Below are positions 40,101 to 55,100 of a DNA stretch of 64,000 bases, one piece after another; position 1 is the first letter of the stretch, and each line of letters opens with the position of its first letter. The stretch lies in NCBI RefSeq assembly GCF_009914755.1, contig NC_060939.1, one strand, 5' to 3'. The notes beneath the pieces are model-generated. The model did no database searches. It was given only the letters and a program-made list of their open reading frames with translations, and was not told where the DNA came from. The stretch is from the human T2T-CHM13v2.0 reference genome, Homo sapiens. Both the position numbers and the translations under genes were made by a program.

Positions 40101-43100
40101 AGTAGTTTCTCTGAATGCCTCTGTGTAGTTTTTATTTGAAGATATTTGCTTTTCCAGTATAGGGCGAAATAGGGCTCCAAATATTCACTTGCAGATTCTA
40201 CAAAAGGAGAGATTCCAAACTGCTCAATCAAAACATAGGTTCAACACTGTGAGTTGAATGCACACATCACAAAGAAGTTTCACAGAGTGCTTCTGGGTAG
40301 TTTTTATTTGAGGATATTTCCCTTTCCACAATAGGCCTCAAAGCTTTCCAAATATCCACTTGCAGATTCTGCAAAAAGAGAGATACAAAACTGCTCTATC
40401 AAAAGATAGATTCGACTCTGTGAGTTGAATGCCAACATCGCAAAGAAGTTTCTCAGAATGCTTCTCTGCAGCTTTTTTGTGAGTATGTTTCGTTTTCCAC
40501 CATAGGGCGAAATGGGGCTCCAAATATCCACTTGCATTTCCTACAAAAAGAGAGATTCTAAGCTGCTCAATCAAAACATTGTTTCAACACGGTTAGTTGA
40601 ATGCACACATCCCAAAGATGTTTTTCAGAGTGCTTCTGTGTGGTTTTTATGTGAAGATACTTCCTTTTCCACAATAGGCCTCAAATCTCTGTAAATATCC
40701 ACTTGCAGACTCTACAAAGAGTGTTTCCAAACTCCTCAATCATAAGATAGGTTCAACTCCGATAGTTGAATGCACACATCACAAAGAAGTTTCTCGGAAA
40801 GCTTCTGTGTAGTTTTTGATGAAGATATCTTCTTCTCTAAAACAGAACTCCAAGCCCTCCAAATATTCACTTCAAGATTCTACGGAAAGATTGTCTCAAA
40901 CTGCTAAATCAAAACAAAGGTTCAACTCTGTGTGATGAATGCATTCATCACAAAGAAGTTTCTCTGAGTGCTTCTGTGCAGTTTTTATTTGAAGATAATT
41001 GCTTTTCCAGTATAGGGCGAAATAGGGCTCCAAATATTCACTTGCAGATTCTACAGAAAGAGAGATTCCAAACTGCTCAATCAAAACATAGGTTCAACAC
41101 TGTGAGTTGAATGCATACATCGCAAAGAAGTTTCACAGAGTACTTCTGGGTGGTTTTTATTTGAAGATATTTCCCTTTCCACAATAGGCCTCAAAGCTTT
41201 CCAAATGTCCACTTGCAGATTCCACCAAAAGAGTGTTTCGAAACTGCTCAATCAAAAGAAAGGTTCTACTCTGTGGGATGAATGCACACATCACAAAGTA
41301 GTTTCTCAGAATGCTTCTGTGTAGTTTTTATGTGAAGATATTTGTTTTTCCACAGTAGGCCCCAAAGAGCTCCAAATATTCACTTGCAGATTCTACAAAA
41401 AGAGTGTTCCAAAACTGCTCCATCATGAAATAGGATCAACCCTGTGAGATGAATGTACGTATGACAGAGAAGTTTCTCAGAATGCTTCTGTGTAGTTTTT
41501 ATGCGAAGATATTCGACTTTCCACAGTACGCCTCAAAGTTCTCCAATTATCCACTCGTAGATCCTGCAAAAAGAGAGATTCAAAACTGCTCAATCAAAAG
41601 ATAGTTTCTACTCCATTTGCTGAAAGACCACATCACAAAAAAAGTTTCTCAGGATGCTTCTGTGTAGTTTTTATGTGAAGATATTTGGTTTTCCACAGTA
41701 GGCCTCAAAGCGCTCCAAATATCCACTCACAGATTCTGCAAAAAGAGAGATTCAAAACTGCTGAATCAAAAGACAGTTTCAACTCTGTGACTTCAGTGCA
41801 CACCTCACAAGGATGTTTCTCAGAATGCTTCTGTGTAGTTTTTATATAAAGATATCTCCTTCTCCAAAATGGATCTCAAAGTTCTCCAAATATTCACTTC
41901 CAGATTCTATGGAAAGATTGTCTCAAAACTGCTCAATCAAACCAAAGGTTCAACTCTGTGAGATGAATGCCCACATCACAAAGAAGTTTCTCAGAGTACT
42001 TCTGTGTAGTTTCTATTTGAGGATAGTTCCTTTTCCACCACAGACCAGAAAGGGCTCCAAATATCCATTGCAGATGGTACAAAAAGTGAGATTCAAAACT
42101 GCTCAATCCAAAGGTAGTTTCAACCATGTGATATGAATGCACACAGCACAGAGAATTTTCTCAAAATGCGTCTGTCTAGTTTTTATTTGAAGATATTTCC
42201 TTTTCTACCATAGGCCACAAACGTCTCCAAATATCCACATGCAGCTTCTACAAAAAGAGAGATTCAAAACTTCTCAATCAAAAGATAGGTTCAACTCTGT
42301 GAGTTGAAAGCACACCTCACAGAGAAGTTTCTCAGAGTGCTTCTGTGTGTTTTTATGTGAAGATATTTCCTTTTCCACAATAGGCCTCAAAGCTCTCCAA
42401 ATATCTGCGAGCAGAGTCTACAAAATGAGAGATTCAAAACTGCTCAATGAAAAGATAGGTTCAACTCTGTGAGTTGAATGCACACCTCCAAAGAAGTTTC
42501 TCAGAATGCTTCCGTGTAGTTTTTATGTGAAGATATTTACTTTTCCACAGTTGTCCCAAAGCTCTAAAATGTCCACTTGCAGACCCTCCAAAAGAGTGTT
42601 TCAGAATTGCTCAATCAAAGGGAAGGTTCAATTCTGTGTGACCAATGCACTCATCACAAAGAAGTTTGTCTGAATGCTTCTGTGTAGAATTGATTTGAAG
42701 ATAATTCCTTTTCCACCACAGTCCGCAAAGGGCTAAAAATATCCACTTGCCGATTCCACAAAAAGAGAGATTCAAAACTGCTCAATCACAAGATAGGTTC
42801 AACTTGGTAATTGGAAAGCACACATGACAAACAATTTCTGAGAATGTTTCTGTGTAGTTTTTAAGGGAAGATATTTGATTTTCAAATGTAGGCCTCAAAT
42901 CGCTCCAAATATCCACTTGCATATTGTACAAAAAGAGAGATTCAAAACTGGTCACTCAAAAGTTAGGTCCAGCTCTGTGAGCTGAATGCACACATCACAA
43001 AGATGTTTCTCAGAAGGTTTCTGTATAGTTTTTATATGAAGATATTTGCTTTTCCACAATATGCCTCAAATCTCCCCAATTATCCACTTGCAGATTCTAG

Positions 43101-46100
43101 AAAAAGAGTGTTTCAAAACAGCTCAATCAAAATAAACTTTCAACTCTGTGAGATCAATGCACACATCACAAAGAAGTTTCTCAGAATGCTTCTGTGTAGT
43201 TTTTTTTGTGAAGATATTTGATTTTCCACAGCAGGCTTCCAAGCACTCCAAATATCCACTCGCAGATTCTGCAAAAAGAGAGATTCAAATCTGCTGAATC
43301 AAAAGATAGGTTTAACTCTGTGACTTCAATGCACACCTCACAAGGGTGTTTCTCAGAAAGCTTCTGTGTAGTTTTTATATGAAGATATCTCCTTCTCCAA
43401 AGCAGGTCTCAAAGCCCTCCAAATATTCACTTCAAGATTCTACGGAAAGATTGTCTCAACACTGCTAAATCTAAACAAATGTTCAACTCTGTGTGATGAA
43501 TGCACTCATCACAGAGAAGTTTCTCTGAATGCCTCTGTGTAGTTTTTATTTGAAGATATTTGCTTTTCCAGTATAGGGCGAAATAGGGCTCCAAATATTC
43601 ACTTGCAGATTCTACAAAAGGAGAGATTCCAAACTGCTCAATCAAAACATAGGTTCAACACTGTGAGTTGAATGCACACATCACAAAGAAGTTTCACAGA
43701 GTGCTTCTGGGTAGTTTTTATTTGAGGATATTTCCCTTTCCACAATAGGCCTCAAAGCTTTCCAAATATCCACTTGCAGATTCTGCAAAAAGAGAGATAC
43801 AAAACTGCTCTATCAAAAGATAGATTCGACTCTGTGAGTTGAATGCCAACATCGCAAAGAAGTTTCTCAGAATGCTTCTCTGCAGCTTTTTTGTGAGTAT
43901 GTTTCGTTTTCCACCATAGGGCGAAATGGGGCTCCAAATATCCACTTGCATTTCCTACAAAAAGAGAGATTCTAAGCTGCTCAATCAAAACATTGTTTCA
44001 ACACGGTTAGTTGAATGCACACATCCCAAAGATGTTTTTCAGAGTGCTTCTGTGTGGTTTTTATGTGAAGATACTTCCTTTTCCACAATAGGCCTCAAAT
44101 CTCTGTAAATATCCACTTGCAGACTCTACAAAGAGTGTTTCCAAACTCCTCAATCATAAGATAGGTTCAACTCCGATAGTTGAATGCACACATCACAAAG
44201 AAGTTTCTCGGAAAGCTTCTGTGTAGTTTTTGATGAAGATATCTTCTTCTCTAAAACAGAACTCCAAGCCCTCCAAATATTCACTTCAAGATTCTACGGA
44301 AAGATTGTCTCAAACTGCTAAATCAAAACAAAGGTTCAACTCTGTGTGATGAATGCATTCATCACAAAGAAGTTTCTCTGAGTGCTTCTGTGCAGTTTTT
44401 ATTTGAAGATAATTGCTTTTCCAGTATAGGGCGAAATAGGGCTCCAAATATTCACTTGCAGATTCTACAGAAAGAGAGATTCCAAACTGCTCAATCAAAA
44501 CATAGGTTCAACACTGTGAGTTGAATGCATACATCGCAAAGAAGTTTCACAGAGTACTTCTGGGTGGTTTTTATTTGAAGATATTTCCCTTTCCACAATA
44601 GGCCTCAAAGCTTTCCAAATGTCCACTTGCAGATTCCACCAAAAGAGTGTTTCGAAACTGCTCAATCAAAAGAAAGGTTCTACTCTGTGGGATGAATGCA
44701 CACATCACAAAGTAGTTTCTCAGAATGCTTCTGTGTAGTTTTTATGTGAAGATATTTGTTTTTCCACAGTAGGCCCCAAAGAGCTCCAAATATTCACTTG
44801 CAGATTCTACAAAAAGAGTGTTCCAAAACTGCTCCATCATGAAATAGGATCAACCCTGTGAGATGAATGTACGTATGACAGAGAAGTTTCTCAGAATGCT
44901 TCTGTGTAGTTTTTATGCGAAGATATTCGACTTTCCACAGTACGCCTCAAAGTTCTCCAATTATCCACTCGTAGATCCTGCAAAAAGAGAGATTCAAAAC
45001 TGCTCAATCAAAAGATAGTTTCTACTCCATTAGCTGAAAGACCACATCACAAAAAAAGTTTCTCAGGATGCTTCTGTGTAGTTTTTATGTGAAGATATTT
45101 GGTTTTCCACAGTAGGCCTCAAAGCGCTCCAAATATCCACTCACAGATTCTGCAAAAAGAGAGATTCAAAACTGCTGAATCAAAAGACAGTTTCAACTCT
45201 GTGACTTCAGTGCACACCTCACAAGGATGTTTCTCAGCATGCTTCTGTGTAGTTTTTATATAAAGATATCTCCTTCTCCAAAATGGATCTCAAAGTTCTC
45301 CAAATATTCACTTCCAGATTCTATGGAAAGATTGTCTCAAAACTGCTCAATCAAACCAAAGGTTCAACTCTGTGAGATGAATGCCCACATCACAAAGAAG
45401 TTTCTCAGAGTACTTCTGTGTAGTTTCTATTTGAGGATAGTTCCTTTTCCACCACAGACCAGAAAGGGCTCCAAATATCCATTGCAGATGGTACAAAAAG
45501 TGAGATTCAAAACTGCTCAATCCAAAGGTAGTTTCAACCATGTGATATGAATGCACACAGCACAGAGAATTTTCTCAAAATGCGTCTGTCTAGTTTTTAT
45601 TTGAAGATATTTCCTTTTCTACCATAGGCCACAAACGTCTCCAAATATCCACATGCAGCTTCTACAAAAAGAGAGATTCAAAACTTCTCAATCAAAAGAT
45701 AGGTTCAACTCTGTGAGTTGAAAGCACACCTCACAGAGAAGTTTCTCAGAGTGCTTCTGTGTGTTTTTATGTGAAGATATTTCCTTTTCCACAATAGGCC
45801 TCAAAGCTCTCCAAATATCTGCGAGCAGAGTCTACAAAATGAGAGATTCAAAACTGCTCAATGAAAAGATAGGTTCAACTCTGTGAGTTGAATGCACACC
45901 TCCAAAGAAGTTTCTCAGAATGCTTCCGTGTAGTTTTTATGTGAAGATATTTACTTTTCCACAGTTGTCCCAAAGCTCTAAAATGTCCACTTGCAGACCC
46001 TCCAAAAGAGTGTTTCAGAATTGCTCAATCAAAGGGAAGGTTCAATTCTGTGTGACCAATGCACTCATCACAAAGAAGTTTGTCTGAATGCTTCTGTGTA

Positions 46101-49100
46101 GAATTGATTTGAAGATAATTCCTTTTCCACCACAGTCCGCAAAGGGCTAAAAATATCCACTTGCCGATTCCACAAAAAGAGAGATTCAAAACTGCTCAAT
46201 CACAAGATAGGTTCAACTTGGTAATTGGAAAGCACACATGACAAACAATTTCTGAGAATGTTTCTGTGTAGTTTTTAAGGGAAGATATTTGATTTTCAAA
46301 TGTAGGCCTCAAATCGCTCCAAATATCCACTTGCATATTGTACAAAAAGAGAGATTCAAAACTGGTCACTCAAAAGTTAGGTCCAGCTCTGTGAGCTGAA
46401 TGCACACATCACAAAGATGTTTCTCAGAAGGTTTCTGTATAGTTTTTATATGAAGATATTTGCTTTTCCACAATATGCCTCAAATCTCCCCAATTATCCA
46501 CTTGCAGATTCTAGAAAAAGAGTGTTTCAAAACAGCTCAATCAAAATAAACTTTCAACTCTGTGAGATCAATGCACACATCACAAAGAAGTTTCTCAGAA
46601 TGCTTCTGTGTAGTTTTTTTTGTGAAGATATTTGATTTTCCACAGCAGGCTTCCAAGCACTCCAAATATCCACTCGCAGATTCTGCAAAAAGAGAGATTC
46701 AAATCTGCTGAATCAAAAGATAGGTTTAACTCTGTGACTTCAATGCACACCTCACAAGGGTGTTTCTCAGAAAGCTTCTGTGTAGTTTTTATATGAAGAT
46801 ATCTCCTTCTCCAAAGCAGGTCTCAAAGCCCTCCAAATATTCACTTCAAGATTCTACGGAAAGATTGTCTCAACACTGCTAAATCTAAACAAATGTTCAA
46901 CTCTGTGTGATGAATGCACTCATCACAGAGTAGTTTCTCTGAATGCCTCTGTGTAGTTTTTATTTGAAGATATTTGCTTTTCCAGTATAGGGCGAAATAG
47001 GGCTCCAAATATTCACTTGCAGATTCTACAAAAGGAGAGATTCCAAACTGCTCAATCAAAACATAGGTTCAACACTGTGAGTTGAATGCACACATCACAA
47101 AGAAGTTTCACAGAGTGCTTCTGGGTAGTTTTTATTTGAGGATATTTCCCTTTCCACAATAGGCCTCAAAGCTTTCCAAATATCCACTTGCAGATTCTGC
47201 AAAAAGAGAGATACAAAACTGCTCTATCAAAAGATAGATTCGACTCTGTGAGTTGAATGCCAACATCGCAAAGAAGTTTCTCAGAATGCTTCTCTGCAGC
47301 TTTTTTGTGAGTATGTTTCGTTTTCCACCATAGGGCGAAATGGGGCTCCAAATATCCACTTGCATTTCCTACAAAAAGAGAGATTCTAAGCTGCTCAATC
47401 AAAACATTGTTTCAACACGGTTAGTTGAATGCACACATCCCAAAGATGTTTTTCAGAGTGCTTCTGTGTGGTTTTTATGTGAAGATACTTCCTTTTCCAC
47501 AATAGGCCTCAAATCTCTGTAAATATCCACTTGCAGACTCTACAAAGAGTGTTTCCAAACTCCTCAATCATAAGATAGGTTCAACTCCGATAGTTGAATG
47601 CACACATCACAAAGAAGTTTCTCGGAAAGCTTCTGTGTAGTTTTTGATGAAGATATCTTCTTCTCTAAAACAGAACTCCAAGCCCTCCAAATATTCACTT
47701 CAAGATTCTACGGAAAGATTGTCTCAAACTGCTAAATCAAAACAAAGGTTCAACTCTGTGTGATGAATGCATTCATCACAAAGAAGTTTCTCTGAGTGCT
47801 TCTGTGCAGTTTTTATTTGAAGATAATTGCTTTTCCAGTATAGGGCGAAATAGGGCTCCAAATATTCACTTGCAGATTCTACAGAAAGAGAGATTCCAAA
47901 CTGCTCAATCAAAACATAGGTTCAACACTGTGAGTTGAATGCATACATCGCAAAGAAGTTTCACAGAGTACTTCTGGGTGGTTTTTATTTGAAGATATTT
48001 CCCTTTCCACAATAGGCCTCAAAGCTTTCCAAATGTCCACTTGCAGATTCCACCAAAAGAGTGTTTCGAAACTGCTCAATCAAAAGAAAGGTTCTACTCT
48101 GTGGGATGAATGCACACATCACAAAGTAGTTTCTCAGAATGCTTCTGTGTAGTTTTTATGTGAAGATATTTGTTTTTCCACAGTAGGCCCCAAAGAGCTC
48201 CAAATATTCACTTGCAGATTCTACAAAAAGAGTGTTCCAAAACTGCTCCATCATGAAATAGGATCAACCCTGTGAGATGAATGTACGTATGACAGAGAAG
48301 TTTCTCAGAATGCTTCTGTGTAGTTTTTATGCGAAGATATTCGACTTTCCACAGTACGCCTCAAAGTTCTCCAATTATCCACTCGTAGATCCTGCAAAAA
48401 GAGAGATTCAAAACTGCTCAATCAAAAGATAGTTTCTACTCCATTAGCTGAAAGACCACATCACAAAAAAAGTTTCTCAGGATGCTTCTGTGTAGTTTTT
48501 ATGTGAAGATATTTGGTTTTCCACAGTAGGCCTCAAAGCGCTCCAAATATCCACTCACAGATTCTGCAAAAAGAGAGATTCAAAACTGCTGAATCAAAAG
48601 ACAGTTTCAACTCTGTGACTTCAGTGCACACCTCACAAGGATGTTTCTCAGAATGCTTCTGTGTAGTTTTTATATAAAGATATCTCCTTCTCCAAAATGG
48701 ATCTCAAAGTTCTCCAAATATTCACTTCCAGATTCTATGGAAAGATTGTCTCAAAACTGCTCAATCAAACCAAAGGTTCAACTCTGTGAGATGAATGCCC
48801 ACATCACAAAGAAGTTTCTCAGAGTACTTCTGTGTAGTTTCTATTTGAGGATAGTTCCTTTTCCACCACAGACCAGAAAGGGCTCCAAATATCCATTGCA
48901 GATGGTACAAAAAGTGAGATTCAAAACTGCTCAATCCAAAGGTAGTTTCAACCATGTGATATGAATGCACACAGCACAGAGAATTTTCTCAAAATGCGTC
49001 TGTCTAGTTTTTATTTGAAGATATTTCCTTTTCTACCATAGGCCACAAACGTCTCCAAATATCCACATGCAGCTTCTACAAAAAGAGAGATTCAAAACTT

Positions 49101-52100
49101 CTCAATCAAAAGATAGGTTCAACTCTGTGAGTTGAAAGCACACCTCACAGAGAAGTTTCTCAGAGTGCTTCTGTGTGTTTTTATGTGAAGATATTTCCTT
49201 TTCCACAATAGGCCTCAAAGCTCTCCAAATATCTGCGAGCAGAGTCTACAAAATGAGAGATTCAAAACTGCTCAATGAAAAGATAGGTTCAACTCTGTGA
49301 GTTGAATGCACACCTCCAAAGAAGTTTCTCAGAATGCTTCCGTGTAGTTTTTATGTGAAGATATTTACTTTTCCACAGTTGTCCCAAAGCTCTAAAATGT
49401 CCACTTGCAGACCCTCCAAAAGAGTGTTTCAGAATTGCTCAATCAAAGGGAAGGTTCAATTCTGTGTGACCAATGCACTCATCACAAAGAAGTTTGTCTG
49501 AATGCTTCTGTGTAGAATTGATTTGAAGATAATTCCTTTTCCACCACAGTCCGCAAAGGGCTAAAAATATCCACTTGCCGATTCCACAAAAAGAGAGATT
49601 CAAAACTGCTCAATCACAAGATAGGTTCAACTTGGTAATTGGAAAGCACACATGACAAACAATTTCTGAGAATGTTTCTGTGTAGTTTTTAAGGGAAGAT
49701 ATTTGATTTTCAAATGTAGGCCTCAAATCGCTCCAAATATCCACTTGCATATTGTACAAAAAGAGAGATTCAAAACTGGTCACTCAAAAGTTGGGTCCAG
49801 CTCTGTGAGCTGAATGCACACATCACAAAGATGTTTCTCAGAAGGTTTCTGTATAGTTTTTATATGAAGATATTTGCTTTTCCACAATATGCCTCAAATC
49901 TCCCCAATTATCCACTTGCAGATTCTAGAAAAAGAGTGTTTCAAAACAGCTCAATCAAAATAAACTTTCAACTCTGTGAGATCAATGCACACATCACAAA
50001 GAAGTTTCTCAGAATGCTTCTGTGTAGTTTTTTTTGTGAAGATATTTGATTTTCCACAGCAGGCTTCCAAGCACTCCAAATATCCACTCGCAGATTCTGC
50101 AAAAAGAGAGATTCAAATCTGCTGAATCAAAAGATAGGTTTAACTCTGTGACTTCAATGCACACCTCACAAGGGTGTTTCTCAGAAAGCTTCTGTGTAGT
50201 TTTTATATGAAGATATCTCCTTCTCCAAAGCAGGTCTCAAAGCCCTCCAAATATTCACTTCAAGATTCTACGGAAAGATTGTCTCAACACTGCTAAATCT
50301 AAACAAATGTTCAACTCTGTGTGATGAATGCACTCATCACAGAGTAGTTTCTCTGAATGCCTCTGTGTAGTTTTTATTTGAAGATATTTGCTTTTCCAGT
50401 ATAGGGCGAAATAGGGCTCCAAATATTCACTTGCAGATTCTACAAAAGGAGAGATTCCAAACTGCTCAATCAAAACATAGGTTCAACACTGTGAGTTGAA
50501 TGCACACATCACAAAGAAGTTTCACAGAGTGCTTCTGGGTAGTTTTTATTTGAGGATATTTCCCTTTCCACAATAGGCCTCAAAGCTTTCCAAATATCCA
50601 CTTGCAGATTCTGCAAAAAGAGAGATACAAAACTGCTCTATCAAAAGATAGATTCGACTCTGTGAGTTGAATGCCAACATCGCAAAGAAGTTTCTCAGAA
50701 TGCTTCTCTGCAGCTTTTTTGTGAGTATGTTTCGTTTTCCACCATAGGGCGAAATGGGGCTCCAAATATCCACTTGCATTTCCTACAAAAAGAGAGATTC
50801 TAAGCTGCTCAATCAAAACATTGTTTCAACACGGTTAGTTGAATGCACACATCCCAAAGATGTTTTTCAGAGTGCTTCTGTGTGGTTTTTATGTGAAGAT
50901 ACTTCCTTTTCCACAATAGGCCTCAAATCTCTGTAAATATCCACTTGCAGACTCTACAAAGAGTGTTTCCAAACTCCTCAATCATAAGATAGGTTCAACT
51001 CCGATAGTTGAATGCACACATCACAAAGAAGTTTCTCGGAAAGCTTCTGTGTAGTTTTTGATGAAGATATCTTCTTCTCTAAAACAGAACTCCAAGCCCT
51101 CCAAATATTCACTTCAAGATTCTACGGAAAGATTGTCTCAAACTGCTAAATCAAAACAAAGGTTCAACTCTGTGTGATGAATGCATTCATCACAAAGAAG
51201 TTTCTCTGAGTGCTTCTGTGCAGTTTTTATTTGAAGATAATTGCTTTTCCAGTATAGGGCGAAATAGGGCTCCAAATATTCACTTGCAGATTCTACAGAA
51301 AGAGAGATTCCAAACTGCTCAATCAAAACATAGGTTCAACACTGTGAGTTGAATGCATACATCGCAAAGAAGTTTCACAGAGTACTTCTGGGTGGTTTTT
51401 ATTTGAAGATATTTCCCTTTCCACAATAGGCCTCAAAGCTTTCCAAATGTCCACTTGCAGATTCCACCAAAAGAGTGTTTCGAAACTGCTCAATCAAAAG
51501 AAAGGTTCTACTCTGTGGGATGAATGCACACATCACAAAGTAGTTTCTCAGAATGCTTCTGTGTAGTTTTTATGTGAAGATATTTGTTTTTCCACAGTAG
51601 GCCCCAAAGAGCTCCAAATATTCACTTGCAGATTCTACAAAAAGAGTGTTCCAAAACTGCTCCATCATGAAATAGGATCAACCCTGTGAGATGAATGTAC
51701 GTATGACAGAGAAGTTTCTCAGAATGCTTCTGTGTAGTTTTTATGCGAAGATATTCGACTTTCCACAGTACGCCTCAAAGTTCTCCAATTATCCACTCGT
51801 AGATCCTGCAAAAAGAGAGATTCAAAACTGCTCAATCAAAAGATAGTTTCTACTCCATTAGCTGAAAGACCACATCACAAAAAAAGTTTCTCAGGATGCT
51901 TCTGTGTAGTTTTTATGTGAAGATATTTGGTTTTCCACAGTAGGCCTCAAAGCGCTCCAAATATCCACTCACAGATTCTGCAAAAAGAGAGATTCAAAAC
52001 TGCTGAATCAAAAGACAGTTTCAACTCTGTGACTTCAGTGCACACCTCACAAGGATGTTTCTCAGAATGCTTCTGTGTAGTTTTTATATAAAGATATCTC

Positions 52101-55100
52101 CTTCTCCAAAATGGATCTCAAAGTTCTCCAAATATTCACTTCCAGATTCTATGGAAAGATTGTCTCAAAACTGCTCAATCAAACCAAAGGTTCAACTCTG
52201 TGAGATGAATGCCCACATCACAAAGAAGTTTCTCAGAGTACTTCTGTGTAGTTTCTATTTGAGGATAGTTCCTTTTCCACCACAGACCAGAAAGGGCTCC
52301 AAATATCCATTGCAGATGGTACAAAAAGTGAGATTCAAAACTGCTCAATCCAAAGGTAGTTTCAACCATGTGATATGAATGCACACAGCACAGAGAATTT
52401 TCTCAAAATGCGTCTGTCTAGTTTTTATTTGAAGATATTTCCTTTTCTACCATAGGCCACAAACGTCTCCAAATATCCACATGCAGCTTCTACAAAAAGA
52501 GAGATTCAAAACTTCTCAATCAAAAGATAGGTTCAACTCTGTGAGTTGAAAGCACACCTCACAGAGAAGTTTCTCAGAGTGCTTCTGTGTGTTTTTATGT
52601 GAAGATATTTCCTTTTCCACAATAGGCCTCAAAGCTCTCCAAATATCTGCGAGCAGAGTCTACAAAATGAGAGATTCAAAACTGCTCAATGAAAAGATAG
52701 GTTCAACTCTGTGAGTTGAAAGCACACCTCCAAAGAAGTTTCTCAGAATGCTTCCGTGTAGTTTTTATGTGAAGATATTTACTTTTCCACAGTTGTCCCA
52801 AAGCTCTAAAATGTCCACTTGCAGACCCTCCAAAAGAGTGTTTCAGAATTGCTCAATCAAAGGGAAGGTTCAATTCTGTGTGACCAATGCACTCATCACA
52901 AAGAAGTTTGTCTGAATGCTTCTGTGTAGAATTGATTTGAAGATAATTCCTTTTCCACCACAGTCCGCAAAGGGCTAAAAATATCCACTTGCCGATTCCA
53001 CAAAAAGAGAGATTCAAAACTGCTCAATCACAAGATAGGTTCAACTTGGTAATTGGAAAGCACACATGACAAACAATTTCTGAGAATGTTTCTGTGTAGT
53101 TTTTAAGGGAAGATATTTGATTTTCAAATGTAGGCCTCAAATCGCTCCAAATATCCACTTGCATATTGTACAAAAAGAGAGATTCAAAACTGGTCACTCA
53201 AAAGTTGGGTCCAGCTCTGTGAGCTGAATGCACACATCACAAAGATGTTTCTCAGAAGGTTTCTGTATAGTTTTTATATGAAGATATTTGCTTTTCCACA
53301 ATATGCCTCAAATCTCCCCAATTATCCACTTGCAGATTCTAGAAAAAGAGTGTTTCAAAACAGCTCAATCAAAATAAACTTTCAACTCTGTGAGATCAAT
53401 GCACACATCACAAAGAAGTTTCTCAGAATGCTTCTGTGTAGTTTTTTTTGTGAAGATATTTGATTTTCCACAGCAGGCTTCCAAGCACTCCAAATATCCA
53501 CTCGCAGATTCTGCAAAAAGAGAGATTCAAATCTGCTGAATCAAAAGATAGGTTTAACTCTGTGACTTCAATGCACACCTCACAAGGGTGTTTCTCAGAA
53601 AGCTTCTGTGTAGTTTTTATATGAAGATATCTCCTTCTCCAAAGCAGGTCTCAAAGCCCTCCAAATATTCACTTCAAGATTCTACGGAAAGATTGTCTCA
53701 ACACTGCTAAATCTAAACAAATGTTCAACTCTGTGTGATGAATGCACTCATCACAGAGTAGTTTCTCTGAATGCCTCTGTGTAGTTTTTATTTGAAGATA
53801 TTTGCTTTTCCAGTATAGGGCGAAATAGGGCTCCAAATATTCACTTGCAGATTCTACAAAAGGAGAGATTCCAAACTGCTCAATCAAAACATAGGTTCAA
53901 CACTGTGAGTTGAATGCACACATCACAAAGAAGTTTCACAGAGTGCTTCTGGGTAGTTTTTATTTGAGGATATTTCCCTTTCCACAATAGGCCTCAAAGC
54001 TTTCCAAATATCCACTTGCAGATTCTGCAAAAAGAGAGATACAAAACTGCTCTATCAAAAGATAGATTCGACTCTGTGAGTTGAATGCCAACATCGCAAA
54101 GAAGTTTCTCAGAATGCTTCTCTGCAGCTTTTTTGTGAGTATGTTTCGTTTTCCACCATAGGGCGAAATGGGGCTCCAAATATCCACTTGCATTTCCTAC
54201 AAAAAGAGAGATTCTAAGCTGCTCAATCAAAACATTGTTTCAACACGGTTAGTTGAATGCACACATCCCAAAGATGTTTTTCAGAGTGCTTCTGTGTGGT
54301 TTTTATGTGAAGATACTTCCTTTTCCACAATAGGCCTCAAATCTCTGTAAATATCCACTTGCAGACTCTACAAAGAGTGTTTCCAAACTCCTCAATCATA
54401 AGATAGGTTCAACTCCGATAGTTGAATGCACACATCACAAAGAAGTTTCTCGGAAAGCTTCTGTGTAGTTTTTGATGAAGATATCTTCTTCTCTAAAACA
54501 GAACTCCAAGCCCTCCAAATATTCACTTCAAGATTCTACGGAAAGATTGTCTCAAACTGCTAAATCAAAACAAAGGTTCAACTCTGTGTGATGAATGCAT
54601 TCATCACAAAGAAGTTTCTCTGAGTGCTTCTGTGCAGTTTTTATTTGAAGATAATTGCTTTTCCAGTATAGGGCGAAATAGGGCTCCAAATATTCACTTG
54701 CAGATTCTACAGAAAGAGAGATTCCAAACTGCTCAATCAAAACATAGGTTCAACACTGTGAGTTGAATGCATACATCGCAAAGAAGTTTCACAGAGTACT
54801 TCTGGGTGGTTTTTATTTGAAGATATTTCCCTTTCCACAATAGGCCTCAAAGCTTTCCAAATGTCCACTTGCAGATTCCACCAAAAGAGTGTTTCGAAAC
54901 TGCTCAATCAAAAGAAAGGTTCTACTCTGTGGGATGAATGCACACATCACAAAGTAGTTTCTCAGAATGCTTCTGTGTAGTTTTTATGTGAAGATATTTG
55001 TTTTTCCACAGTAGGCCCCAAAGAGCTCCAAATATTCACTTGCAGATTCTACAAAAAGAGTGTTCCAAAACTGCTCCATCATGAAATAGGATCAACCCTG

